Below are positions 43,703 to 52,613 of a DNA stretch of 64,000 nt, piece after piece. A model generated the notes under the pieces. It had not been told where the DNA came from, searched no databases, and saw only the letters and a list, made by a program, of their open reading frames with translations. Position numbers and translations under genes: made by a program. The DNA comes from Planctomycetota bacterium (GTDB lineage: Bacteria; Planctomycetota; UBA1135; UBA2386): positions 40,890 through 104,889 of the forward strand of contig JACKIC010000011.1 in NCBI GenBank assembly GCA_020638655.1, given 5' to 3'. The number at the start of each line of letters is the position of its first letter. Within the stretch, counting starts at the first letter, position 1.

Positions 43703-45415
43703 ATGAGTCAATTCGCGAAGAAGCTGCGCGGCATCCTCGAGAAGGCGGGCAAGCTCGACTCCGCCACCGGGGACACTCTGCTCGCCGAGGCGCAGAGTGA
43801 GAAGCGGCCGTTCACGGAGGTGCTGGTCAAGAAGGGCGTCGCCACCGAGCACGAGCTGCTCGCGTTGATCGCCAAGGCGGCCAACGTGCCGCCGATCGAC
43901 CTGACCAAGCTGATCGTCAACAAGGAGGTGCTGGAGTCCGTGCCCGAAGACGTGGCGCGTGAGTACTGCATCTTCCCGGTCGACCGGATCGGCAACATCA
44001 TCACCGTCGCGGTCGCCAACCCGTTCGACGTGCTCAAGCTCGACGACATCCGCATCATCACGGGTTGTCAGCTGCGCACCGTCGTCAGCACCGCCGAGGA
44101 GATCGAGAAGATCCGCGGCAAGGGTTACCAGAAGGAGAGCGAGTCGGTCGACGGCATCCTCGGCTCGTTCGACGACTCCGACGTCGAGCTCAAGGAAGCC
44201 GACATCGACGACGAGAGCACCGACCTGTCGGCGATCAGCGACGAGGACTCGCCGGTCGTCAAGCTCGTCAACAAGATGATCCTGGACGCCTGCAACACCG
44301 GCGCGTCCGACATCCACATCGAGCCGTTCGAGAAGAAGGTGATCATCCGCTACCGCAAGGACGGCTGCCTCTACGAGGCGATGACGCTGCCCAAGCGCAT
44401 GCAGAACAACATCACCTCGCGCATCAAGATCATGTCCAAGCTGGACATCGCCGAGAAGCGCAGGCCGCAGGACGGCAAGTTCCAGATGAAGATCGGCCAC
44501 AAGGCGGTCGACTTCCGCGTGTCGATCCTGCCGGTGGTCTGGGGCGAGAAGACCGTCTTCCGCATCCTCGACTCCAGCAACCTCGCCCTCGACATCAAGT
44601 CGCTGGGCTTCGAGAAGCAGCCGATGGAGGACTACCTGTGGGCGTGTGCGCAGCCCTACGGCATGATCCTCGTCACCGGTCCGACGGGTTCTGGTAAGTC
44701 GACGACGCTGTACTCGGCGGTCAAGCACATCGCCGCGCCCGACATCAACCTGGTCACGGTCGAGGACCCGGTCGAATACCAGCTCGAGGGCATCAACCAG
44801 GTGCCGGTCAATCCCAAGGCCGGCCTGACGTTCGGCGGCGCGCTGCGTTCGATCCTGCGTCAGGACCCCGATGTGGTGCTGCTCGGCGAGATTCGCGACC
44901 AGGAGACCCTCGAGATCGCGGTCAAGGCCGCGCTCACGGGCCACCTGGTGCTCAGCACGCTGCACACCAACGACGCGCCGTCGACCATCACCCGCATGGT
45001 CGACATGGGTATGGACCCGTTCATGGTCGCCAGCTCGACGCTGCTGATCTGCGCGCAACGTCTCGGCCGCAAGCTGTGTCCGAACTGCAAGAAGCGCGTC
45101 GAGATCCAGAAGGACGTGCTGATCCGCCTCGGCTTCGCCGAGGAGGACTTCGCGGCCGGCCACGACATGGAGTTCTACGAGCCCGTCGGCTGCCCGCGCT
45201 GCAACCAGGGCTACAAGGGCCGCTTCGCGCTGCTCGAGACGATGCGCATGACCGAGGGCGTCAAGCGCATGGTCGTCGACCGCGCGCACATCGCCGACAT
45301 CAAGAAGCTCGCGCTGAGCGAAGGCATGTTGACGCTGCGACGCTGCGGCCTGCTGAACGCGATGCGCGGCAAGACCAGCCTGCAAGAGGTCGAGTCGTCG
45401 ACCATGGCGGACTGA
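43703..45415 (+). CDS. pilB: type IV pilus assembly ATPase PilB (GspE family)
   Basis: 570 aa. N-terminal T2SSE_N-like region, Walker A 'GPTGSGKSTT', 'TGHLVLSTLHTND' and a tetra-Cys 'CPNCKK...CPRCNQ' are present. The start lies 3 nt after the pilT stop. Confidence 0.9.
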   Translation: MSQFAKKLRGILEKAGKLDSATGDTLLAEAQSEKRPFTEVLVKKGVATEHELLALIAKAANVPPIDLTKLIVNKEVLESVPEDVAREYCIFPVDRIGNIITVAVANPFDVLKLDDIRIITGCQLRTVVSTAEEIEKIRGKGYQKESESVDGILGSFDDSDVELKEADIDDESTDLSAISDEDSPVVKLVNKMILDACNTGASDIHIEPFEKKVIIRYRKDGCLYEAMTLPKRMQNNITSRIKIMSKLDIAEKRRPQDGKFQMKIGHKAVDFRVSILPVVWGEKTVFRILDSSNLALDIKSLGFEKQPMEDYLWACAQPYGMILVTGPTGSGKSTTLYSAVKHIAAPDINLVTVEDPVEYQLEGINQVPVNPKAGLTFGGALRSILRQDPDVVLLGEIRDQETLEIAVKAALTGHLVLSTLHTNDAPSTITRMVDMGMDPFMVASSTLLICAQRLGRKLCPNCKKRVEIQKDVLIRLGFAEEDFAAGHDMEFYEPVGCPRCNQGYKGRFALLETMRMTEGVKRMVVDRAHIADIKKLALSEGMLTLRRCGLLNAMRGKTSLQEVESSTMAD

Positions 45416-45453
45416 GCACGGGAATACGACGGTAGCAACAGGCAAGGGGAATC

Positions 45454-46701
45454 ATGGCCACGAAGTTCAAGTACGAAGCGAAGGACGCCTCCGGCAAGAC
45501 CGTCAAGGGTTCGGTGGCGGCGTCGAGCCAGTCCGAAGCGGTCGCCGACTTGCGTCGTCGCAACCTGACCCCGGTGGACGTGAAGAAGGCCGGTGGCCTG
45601 TTCGGCCTCGGCGGCGGCGGCGGCGGTGGGCCGAAGGGGCGCAAGAAGGCGACCCGGTCCAGCGTGCAGAAGGGGGAGCTCGAAGTCTTCACCCGCCAGC
45701 TGTCGACGATGCTCAGCGCCGGTATCCCGATGCTCGAGGCGCTCGAGATCCTCGCCGACCAGGCCGAGTCTCCTGGCTTCGCCTTCTGCCTCGACAAGGT
45801 CGTCGAGGACATCCGCTCGGGCTCCGACCTCAGCAAGGCGATGGAGCCGCACAAGCGGGTCTTCTCGCACATCTACGTCAGCATGATCCGCGCCGGTGAG
45901 GTCTCGGGTCAGATTGACATCATCCTGCAGCGCCTCGCCGACTATCTCGAGGCGGCGGCGCACCTGCGCAGCGAGATCAAGTCGGCGATGACCTACCCGG
46001 TCATCTCGCTGTTCTTGGTCATCGGCATCGCGTCGTTCCTGATGATCGGCATCGTGCCGTCGTTCAAGCCCGTGTTCGACTCGCTCGAGGTCGAACTGCC
46101 GGGTCTGACCGTGTTCATCATGGACATCGCGTTCTTCATGCGCGACTACTGGTACCTGATCTTCGGCGGCATGTTCGGCGCGTTCGTCGGCATCAAGGCG
46201 CTGTGCAAGACGCCCAAGGGCGCCTACGCCAAGGACGCGCTGATGCTGCGCGTGCCGGTGTTCGGCGTGCTGTTCAAGAAGGTCGCCCTGTCGCGCTTCG
46301 CGCGCACGTTCTCGACGCTGGTCAAGAGCGGCGTGCCGATCCTCGGCGCGATGGAGATCGTCTCCGACACGGCGGGCAACCTGGTGATCTCCGGCATCGT
46401 CGACCGCGCGCGCGACAGCGTGCGCAACGGTGAGAGCCTGTCCGACCCGTTCATGAAGTCGACGGTGTTCCCGCCGATGGTCACCAAGATGATGGCGATC
46501 GGTGAACGTTCCGGCGCGCTCGACGCGCTGCTCGAGAAGATCGCCGAGTTCTACGACCAGCAGGTCGAGGCCGAGGTCAAGGGACTCACGTCGATGATCG
46601 AGCCGATCATGATCGCGATCATGGGTGTGATCGTGGGCGGCATCGTGCTCGCGGTGTTCCTGCCGATCTTCAAGCTGCAGGAGAAGCTCTCGGGCGGCTG
46701 A
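45454..46701 (+). CDS. pilC: type IV pilus platform protein PilC (GspF family)
   Basis: 415 aa. Duplicated GspF modules ('FTRQLSTMLSAGIPMLEAL', 'FARTFSTLVKSGVPILGAM') and 3 TM segments are present. Confidence 0.9.
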   Translation: MATKFKYEAKDASGKTVKGSVAASSQSEAVADLRRRNLTPVDVKKAGGLFGLGGGGGGGPKGRKKATRSSVQKGELEVFTRQLSTMLSAGIPMLEALEILADQAESPGFAFCLDKVVEDIRSGSDLSKAMEPHKRVFSHIYVSMIRAGEVSGQIDIILQRLADYLEAAAHLRSEIKSAMTYPVISLFLVIGIASFLMIGIVPSFKPVFDSLEVELPGLTVFIMDIAFFMRDYWYLIFGGMFGAFVGIKALCKTPKGAYAKDALMLRVPVFGVLFKKVALSRFARTFSTLVKSGVPILGAMEIVSDTAGNLVISGIVDRARDSVRNGESLSDPFMKSTVFPPMVTKMMAIGERSGALDALLEKIAEFYDQQVEAEVKGLTSMIEPIMIAIMGVIVGGIVLAVFLPIFKLQEKLSGG

Positions 46702-46747
46702 TCCGCCCGGGTGACCGGCGAACCACGAAGGCAAAGGGAGAAGGATC

Positions 46748-47626
46748 GTGAACGAAGCTCAAGGACGCGCGCTGCTCTACGGCGGCGCGATGGTGATCGT
46801 CGTCGGACTGTGCGCGGCGAGCATGCTCTACCGGCCGGAGCCGGACGTCTACACGCTGCTCAGCAGCGCCGACGTGCAGCTGCGCATGGCCTACGCGATC
46901 CCGGCGGTCGACAAGCAGGGCGTATCGCTGTCGGCGCGCGACGAGATGATCGCCGACGCGCAGAAGAACCTGGACCTGGTCGAGCAGATCAAGCCCGGCA
47001 TGGCCTGCACGGCCGAGTTCCGGGGCTTCGTGCACATGCTGCGCGGCGAGCCCAAGCAGGCAGCGGCCACCTACGCCGAAGCCCGCCGCTGCCAGGACTG
47101 CACGGCCGAGCAGGCCGACGTGCTGACCTTCAACCAGGCGCGCATGCTGGCCGAGGCCGGCGACATCGACGCCGCCCTGCAGGTGTTCTCGGTCAACGCG
47201 GCGCGGCTGGATTCCCGGTTCGGGACGCAGCGCAACCTCGAGGAAGCGTCGATGCTGCGCCGGGTCGGGCGGGTGCAGGAGGCCGAGCAGCGCGTCGACG
47301 GCGTCGTCGCCGGCGGCGCGGTGGATGCGATGTCATGGCTGCAAGCCGGTCGCGAGTACCTCGAGCTCGGCAAGAGTGACAAGGCGGAGCGCGCCCTGAC
47401 GTCGGCACAGGCCGATGTGCCAATTGCGAACTACTACCTCGCCCGCCTCAAGTTGGTGGCTGGCGATGTCGATAGAGCTCTGGCGTTGCTGGAAACGGCG
47501 ACCGCCGCGGTGCCCGGAGATGCACGGCGTCTGCTTCGTGAAGAAGCGGAGGTCTGGCAGGGAATCGCGACGGACGTTCGCTTCGAGCAGCTCCAGACGC
47601 CGCGCGCTGCGACCCCTGGTCGCTGA
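46748..47626 (+). CDS. membrane-anchored TPR-like protein in the pilus cluster
   Basis: GTG start with a GGGAGAAGGA RBS. TM segment 'LLYGGAMVIVVGLCAASMLY' is followed by helical repeat segments ('YYLARLKLVAGDVDRALALLE'). Confidence 0.6.
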   Translation: MNEAQGRALLYGGAMVIVVGLCAASMLYRPEPDVYTLLSSADVQLRMAYAIPAVDKQGVSLSARDEMIADAQKNLDLVEQIKPGMACTAEFRGFVHMLRGEPKQAAATYAEARRCQDCTAEQADVLTFNQARMLAEAGDIDAALQVFSVNAARLDSRFGTQRNLEEASMLRRVGRVQEAEQRVDGVVAGGAVDAMSWLQAGREYLELGKSDKAERALTSAQADVPIANYYLARLKLVAGDVDRALALLETATAAVPGDARRLLREEAEVWQGIATDVRFEQLQTPRAATPGR

Positions 47627-47722
47627 GCGGGGCGAGAAGGAAGAGAAAGGGGAACCACACAAAGGGGAACCGATCGGCGGCCACGTCGGCCGTCGACCAG
47701 AACAGGTTGTACGGGAGAAAAC

Positions 47723-48409
47723 ATGTCCAAGCGGGAACAGGGCTTCACACTCATCGAGCTGATGATCGTCGTGGCGATCATCGCCATCATCGCGTCGATC
47801 GCGATTCCGAACCTCCTCAGCGCGCGCCTCAACGCCAATGAATCGGCCGCGATCGCCACGCTGAAGAACATCTCGTCGGGCCAGTCGCAGTGCCAGGCCT
47901 CGGGCGTCATCGACGTCAACGGCAACGGCTCGGGCGAGTACGGCTTCTTCGGCGAGCTGTCGGGCCGCACCGCGGTCCGCAACAGCACGCAGCGCATCAG
48001 CCCGGCGGTGCTCTCGAGCGCCTTCGGCAACGTCGCCGCGGCCCGCGTCTCGCGCTCGGGCTACCTCTTCCAGATGTTCCTGCCGGACGCCACGGCCCAG
48101 GGTATCGAGGAAGATGCGACCGGTGGTGACCCGGACAACGGCCAGGGTGTCGACCCGGGCCAGGCCGAGACGCTGTGGTGCTGCTACGCCTGGCCGCAGG
48201 TCCAGGGCAACAGCGGCAAGCGCACGTTCTTCGTGAACCAGGCCGGTGACGTGCTCGCCACCAACGGTGCGGTCGTCGCCTACAACGGCACCACCACGCC
48301 GGTGACCTTCGACGTCGCGTTCGCCGCGACGAGCTCGGCCGCGATGGGTGTGCCCGTCGCCGCCAACACGCTCGGCCAGGACGGCAACACCTGGGTCGTC
48401 GTGCAGTGA
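47723..48409 (+). CDS. pilA: type IV pilin / pseudopilin
   Basis: Class III signal 'MSKREQG|FTLIELMIVVAIIAIIASIAIPNLL' with Glu at +5. 228 aa. RBS GGGAG. Confidence 0.9.
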   Translation: MSKREQGFTLIELMIVVAIIAIIASIAIPNLLSARLNANESAAIATLKNISSGQSQCQASGVIDVNGNGSGEYGFFGELSGRTAVRNSTQRISPAVLSSAFGNVAAARVSRSGYLFQMFLPDATAQGIEEDATGGDPDNGQGVDPGQAETLWCCYAWPQVQGNSGKRTFFVNQAGDVLATNGAVVAYNGTTTPVTFDVAFAATSSAAMGVPVAANTLGQDGNTWVVVQ

Positions 48410-48456
48410 TGCACGGCGGCACCTGATGCGCCCCCTGGGCGCATCGTGCCAACGCC

Positions 48457-48502
48457 AACGCCCGTCACCTGCTCGCAGGTGGCGGGCGTTGTGCGTTTGT
48501 GG
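48457..48502 (+). terminator. strong intrinsic terminator after the pilin gene
   Basis: 15-bp stem aacgcccgtcacctg/caggtggcgggcgtt (one G-U pair) with loop ctcg, followed by gtgcgtttgtgg. It is preceded by a second hairpin, gatgcgcc-ccctg-ggcgcatc, at 48425-48445. Confidence 0.75.
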
Positions 48503-48547
48503 AGGCCTCGCTCAGGAGCGGGGGGCGATCGCGCCGATAGCATCGCC

Positions 48548-49603
48548 ATGTCGGCCAAGACCAAGTCCACCGGTGCCAAGGGCGCCGGCCCCAAGACCTC
48601 CGTCGACCCGCTCGCGAGCCTGATGGCGGCGGGGGAGCTGCCGCGCGAGCCCGCGACCACGGCGGTCCCGGCGGCCACCGTCGGCGAGGAGGGCGCGGCG
48701 CCGCGCCGCGTGCAGAGCCTGTCGGTCGTGATTCCGGCGCGCAACGAGTCGCTGAACCTGCCCGGGCTGCTCGACGAAGTGAACGCCGCGCTCGCGGCCA
48801 GCGAGGTGCCGTTCCGCGAGGTGATCGTCGTCGACGACGGCTCGAGCGACGACAGCGGCAAGATCGCGGCCGCGGCGGGCGCGCGCGTCGTGCGCCACGC
48901 GCACGGGCTCGGCAACGGCGCCGCGGTCAAGCGCGGCATCCGCGAGGCCAAGGGCCAGTGGATCCTGATGCTCGACGGCGACGGCCAGCACCCGCCGGGC
49001 GAGCTCGCCGCGATGTTGTCGATGATCGAGGGCTCGGGCTACGACATGGTGGTGGCCTCGCGCGGCGGTCGCGGCGGCAGCCTGCACCGCAACTTCGCCA
49101 ACCAGGTCTACAACCGCCTCGCGAGCTACGTGTCGGGTTACCACATCCCGGACCTGACCAGCGGCTACCGGCTGCTGCGCGCCGACGTCGCCAAGGACCT
49201 CGTCTGGCTGCTGCCCAACACGTTCAGCTATCCGACGACGATCACGATGTCGATGCTGCGGGGCGGCTGGTCGGTCGGCTTCCATCCGTTCGCCGTGCGC
49301 CAACGCCAGGGCAAGAGCCACGTGCGCCTGTTCGCCGACGGCAGCCGCTTCTTCCTGATCATCCTGCGCATCGCGACGATGTTCGCGCCGCTGCGCGTGT
49401 TCCTGCCGGTGTCGCTGGCGACCGCCGCGCTGGGCATCGGCTGGTACGCCTACACCTGGTTCACCGAAGGGCGCTTCACCAACATGGCGGTGCTGCTGCT
49501 GGGCCAGGCGACGCTGCTGTTCGCGCTGGGCCTGATCGCCGAGCAGATCGCGGCGCTGCGCTTCCAGGGGCTGTCGCGCACCAGCGATCGGGGCGGCGCG
49601 TGA
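48548..49603 (+). CDS. GT2 polyprenol-phosphate glycosyltransferase (GtrB/ArnC/Ppm1-like) with C-terminal TM helices
   Basis: The ATG at 48548 was chosen because the terminator lies inside the longer ORF. 'LSVVIPARNESLNL', 'VIVVDDGSSDDS' and 'ILMLDGDGQHP' are present, plus two C-terminal hydrophobic helices. Confidence 0.8.
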   Translation: MSAKTKSTGAKGAGPKTSVDPLASLMAAGELPREPATTAVPAATVGEEGAAPRRVQSLSVVIPARNESLNLPGLLDEVNAALAASEVPFREVIVVDDGSSDDSGKIAAAAGARVVRHAHGLGNGAAVKRGIREAKGQWILMLDGDGQHPPGELAAMLSMIEGSGYDMVVASRGGRGGSLHRNFANQVYNRLASYVSGYHIPDLTSGYRLLRADVAKDLVWLLPNTFSYPTTITMSMLRGGWSVGFHPFAVRQRQGKSHVRLFADGSRFFLIILRIATMFAPLRVFLPVSLATAALGIGWYAYTWFTEGRFTNMAVLLLGQATLLFALGLIAEQIAALRFQGLSRTSDRGGA

Positions 49604-50742
49604 GCGACAGCGTGCTGTTCTGCGGGGCCTGGGACGAAGGCCCCGGTTACCCGCGCACCACCAGCCTGCAGAACGCCGTCGCCGCCGCCGGTTTCGAGGT
49701 GCGGCGCTGCCGCGTGCCGTCGCTCGGGCGCGACAAGCAGCGCGTGCTGCGCCAGCCGTGGCTGTGGCCGCAGACGGCCTGGCGGTCGCGCGCGCGCCGG
49801 CGTCAGCTGGTCGAGCAACTGCGGCAGGAGCTGCTGCGGGAGCCCCCGCGCTGCATCGTCGTGCCGTACCCGGGGCATCACGTGGTCGGCGACGTGCGCC
49901 GCACGACCGACGTGCCGGTCGTGCTCGACCTGTTCCTGTCCGCCTACGACACCGTGATCGAGGACCGTCGCCTCGCCGAGCCCGGCTCACTGGCGGCTGC
50001 GTACCTCGCCGGCATCGATCGGCGCGCCTGCGAGGCCGCCGACCTGGTTCTGCTCGACACCCCCGAGAACGCTGCCTATGTCGCCGCGCTGACCGGGCTG
50101 CCGGCGGAGCGCTTCGCCTGGCTGCCGGTCAACGACCCCGACGCGCCAGCGCAGCCCGCGCCGTGGCGGGGGGCCGCCAACGGCGCGCTGCAGCTGCTGT
50201 TCTTCGGCACCGGCGTGCCGCTGCACGGGCTGAGCACCCTGCTCGCCGCCGTCGCCAGCGTGCCGCGTGTGCACCTGACCCTGGTCGGCGGCACCGCCGC
50301 CGATCGCGCCGAGGCCCAGCGCCTGTTGCCGGGACGGTTGCGCCTCGAACCCGAGTTCGTAGATCGGCAGCGGCTCGCGCAGCTGCTGGACGAGTGCCAG
50401 CTGGTCGCCGGCGTGTTCGGTGAGTCCGGCAAGGCTCAGCGCGTCGTGCCGTTCAAGGTCGTGCACGCGCTGGCCGCGGGGCGGCCGGTGCTGACCGCGG
50501 ATACGCCGGCGGTGTGCCGTTGGCTCGAGGGCAGCGGCGCGGTGTTCCTCACGCCGGCGGCGAACGTCGGCGCGCTCGCCGGCATGTTGCGGCAACTCGG
50601 CAACGACCCGCAGCAGGTGCGGGCCGCCGCCGCCGCTGCGCGGCCGGCCTACGACCGGACCTTCTCGCTCGACGCCTGTCGCGACCGTTGGGCGCAGTTG
50701 GTCGCGGGTCTCGACGGCGCCGCCCTGGAGTGCGTGGGATGA
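49600..50742 (+). CDS. GT-B fold glycosyltransferase (GT4-like)
   Basis: The GTG overlaps the upstream stop (GTGA). The C-terminal half, 'LLFFGTGVPLHGL..LTLVGG...FGESGKAQRVVPFKVVHALAAGRPVL', resembles the GT1/GT4 nucleotide-sugar domain. Confidence 0.5.
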   Translation: MSDSVLFCGAWDEGPGYPRTTSLQNAVAAAGFEVRRCRVPSLGRDKQRVLRQPWLWPQTAWRSRARRRQLVEQLRQELLREPPRCIVVPYPGHHVVGDVRRTTDVPVVLDLFLSAYDTVIEDRRLAEPGSLAAAYLAGIDRRACEAADLVLLDTPENAAYVAALTGLPAERFAWLPVNDPDAPAQPAPWRGAANGALQLLFFGTGVPLHGLSTLLAAVASVPRVHLTLVGGTAADRAEAQRLLPGRLRLEPEFVDRQRLAQLLDECQLVAGVFGESGKAQRVVPFKVVHALAAGRPVLTADTPAVCRWLEGSGAVFLTPAANVGALAGMLRQLGNDPQQVRAAAAAARPAYDRTFSLDACRDRWAQLVAGLDGAALECVG

Positions 50743-52613
50743 CCATCGACCGCGAGCGTGTCGCGCGACTGCACCGCTGGTCGCTGTTGGCCGTGGCCCT
50801 CGCGGCCCTGCTCGCCTACGGCTGCGCAGTGCTGGGCGACTACGTGTTCGACGACGTGCACTCGGTGATCGGCAACGACGCGCTGCGCGACCTGTCCGGC
50901 ATCGGCCGGCTGCTCACCGATCCGAGCGCGTTCAGCGGCACCGGCCAGCGCATGTACCGGCCGGTGCTGCTGGTCTCGTTCGCGCTCAACCTCGCGATCT
51001 CTGCGGCGCCGTGGTCCGTCAAACTCGGCAACGTGCTGCTGCACGTCTCGGTGGCGCTGCTGGCCCTTGGCTGGTTGCGGCGCCTCGGCGTGCCGCTGCT
51101 GGCGCGCACCGTCGCGGTGGCGGTGTTCGCGGTGCATCCGCTCGCGACCGAAGCGATCAACCTGACTTCGGCGCGCAGCGAGCTGCTGCTCGTGTTCGGG
51201 CTGGTGCTCGGCGCGCGCAGCCACCTCGCCTGGCTCCGCGGCCGCGCGGCGCGGCTCGGCATGCTCGGCATGATCGCCGGCGCGGTGATCGCCTGCGGCA
51301 GCAAGGAGACCGGCGTGGTGCTGCCCGCGCTGCTGCTCGCGCAGGCGTGGATCGTGCGCCGTGCGCCGTGGACGCGGCGCGACCTGTGGCGCGCCGTGCG
51401 CGACGTGTTGCCGGTGATCGCCCTCGTGCTCGGCTACCTCGTGTTGCGCAAGGTGTTGCTCGGCCAGGCGACCGTGAGCCTGCTGCACCGCAGCGGCGAG
51501 GACCCGACGCTCGGCTTCTCGCGCACGCTGACCACGCAGCTGGCGACGATGGGCCTGCTGTTGCCGCGCGGCCTGCTGCAGATGGTGGTGCCGGTCGGGC
51601 TGTCGTTCGACCCGCCGGTTTCGTTCCGCTCCTCGTTCCTCGATCCGCTCGTGCTGGCCGGCTGGCTCGGCGTGATCGCCGCGACCTCGCTGGCGCTGTG
51701 GCCCGGTCGTCGTTCCCAACCGCGCCGCGTCGGCGCCATGTTCGCGTGGCTGACCGCGCTGCCATGGATCGTCGTGCCGCTCAACATGCCGTTCGCCGAG
51801 CACCGCCTCTACGGACCGCTGCTCGGTGTGACGGTCGCCGCGGCGCCCTTGCTCGCCGCGCTGCTTCGCCGGCTGGCCAGCACGACGCGCGCCGCCGTGT
51901 GGACACCGCTGCCGATCGCGGCGCTGCTGCTGACGTTCGCCGCGCTCTCGACCCTGCGCACGCTCGACTACCGCGACGAACGCCTGCTCTGGCAACACGA
52001 GATCGCGCAGCACCCGCTCGCCTGGCGCGCGTGGTGGGGGCTCGGCACGGCGCAGCAGCGTTACGACCAGCCGCTCGCGGCGGTCGAGCCGCTGGCGCAC
52101 GCGCACGCCCTGTTGCCGCAGCACTTCGACCTGCTGCGCAACTATGCGGAGGCGGTACTGCGCCTGCCCGCGGGCCACGAGCAGCCGTGGCGCGCCCTGG
52201 TGCTCACGCAGGAGCTGCGCGAGCGGGCGCCGCGCGACCCGTGGGCCCATGCGTTGTCGGCCGATGCCTGCATGCAGGTCGGCCGCGCCTCGGGGGACCG
52301 CGACTACTTCGAGCAGGCCGAGAAGTTCGCGCTCGCGTGCCTGGACTTCGCGCCGCCCAAGGCGCTGGTCTACCGACTCGCGGCCAATGCGCGGCGCGCG
52401 CTCGGCGACCTGGAGGGTGCGCTCGCGCACCTCGACGCGTGCATCGCGGGCGGCTTCGACTACGTGCCGGTGCGCGCCGAGCGCGCGACCGTGTTGGGGC
52501 TGCTGGGGCGCACCGCCGAGGCCCGCCGCGAACTGCGCCAGCTCCAGAGCCAGGCGCCGTTCGATCCAGCGGTGCGTCAGGCGATGCAGCAGTTGGCGAG
52601 CCCTGGCCGCTAG
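50739..52613 (+). CDS. multi-pass membrane GT-C-like protein with C-terminal TPR repeats (TMTC/PMT-like protein O-glycosyltransferase candidate)
   Basis: The ATG overlaps the upstream stop (ATGA). The first-loop motif 'GDYVFDDVHSVIGNDAL' is present, with about 10 hydrophobic segments and then TPR-like repeats ('WRAWWGLGTAQQRYDQP...'). Confidence 0.65.
   Translation: MTIDRERVARLHRWSLLAVALAALLAYGCAVLGDYVFDDVHSVIGNDALRDLSGIGRLLTDPSAFSGTGQRMYRPVLLVSFALNLAISAAPWSVKLGNVLLHVSVALLALGWLRRLGVPLLARTVAVAVFAVHPLATEAINLTSARSELLLVFGLVLGARSHLAWLRGRAARLGMLGMIAGAVIACGSKETGVVLPALLLAQAWIVRRAPWTRRDLWRAVRDVLPVIALVLGYLVLRKVLLGQATVSLLHRSGEDPTLGFSRTLTTQLATMGLLLPRGLLQMVVPVGLSFDPPVSFRSSFLDPLVLAGWLGVIAATSLALWPGRRSQPRRVGAMFAWLTALPWIVVPLNMPFAEHRLYGPLLGVTVAAAPLLAALLRRLASTTRAAVWTPLPIAALLLTFAALSTLRTLDYRDERLLWQHEIAQHPLAWRAWWGLGTAQQRYDQPLAAVEPLAHAHALLPQHFDLLRNYAEAVLRLPAGHEQPWRALVLTQELRERAPRDPWAHALSADACMQVGRASGDRDYFEQAEKFALACLDFAPPKALVYRLAANARRALGDLEGALAHLDACIAGGFDYVPVRAERATVLGLLGRTAEARRELRQLQSQAPFDPAVRQAMQQLASPGR

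Noticed and set aside
42608-48409. Reading the ATPase/platform/pilin genes as a type II secretion system rather than a type IV pilus.
   Set aside because: A PilT retraction ATPase with the 'AIRALIRD' signature, a 228-aa major-pilin-sized subunit and the absence of gspC/D/H-M in the block favour a type IVa pilus. A secretion role for the pilus machinery is not excluded (see findings).
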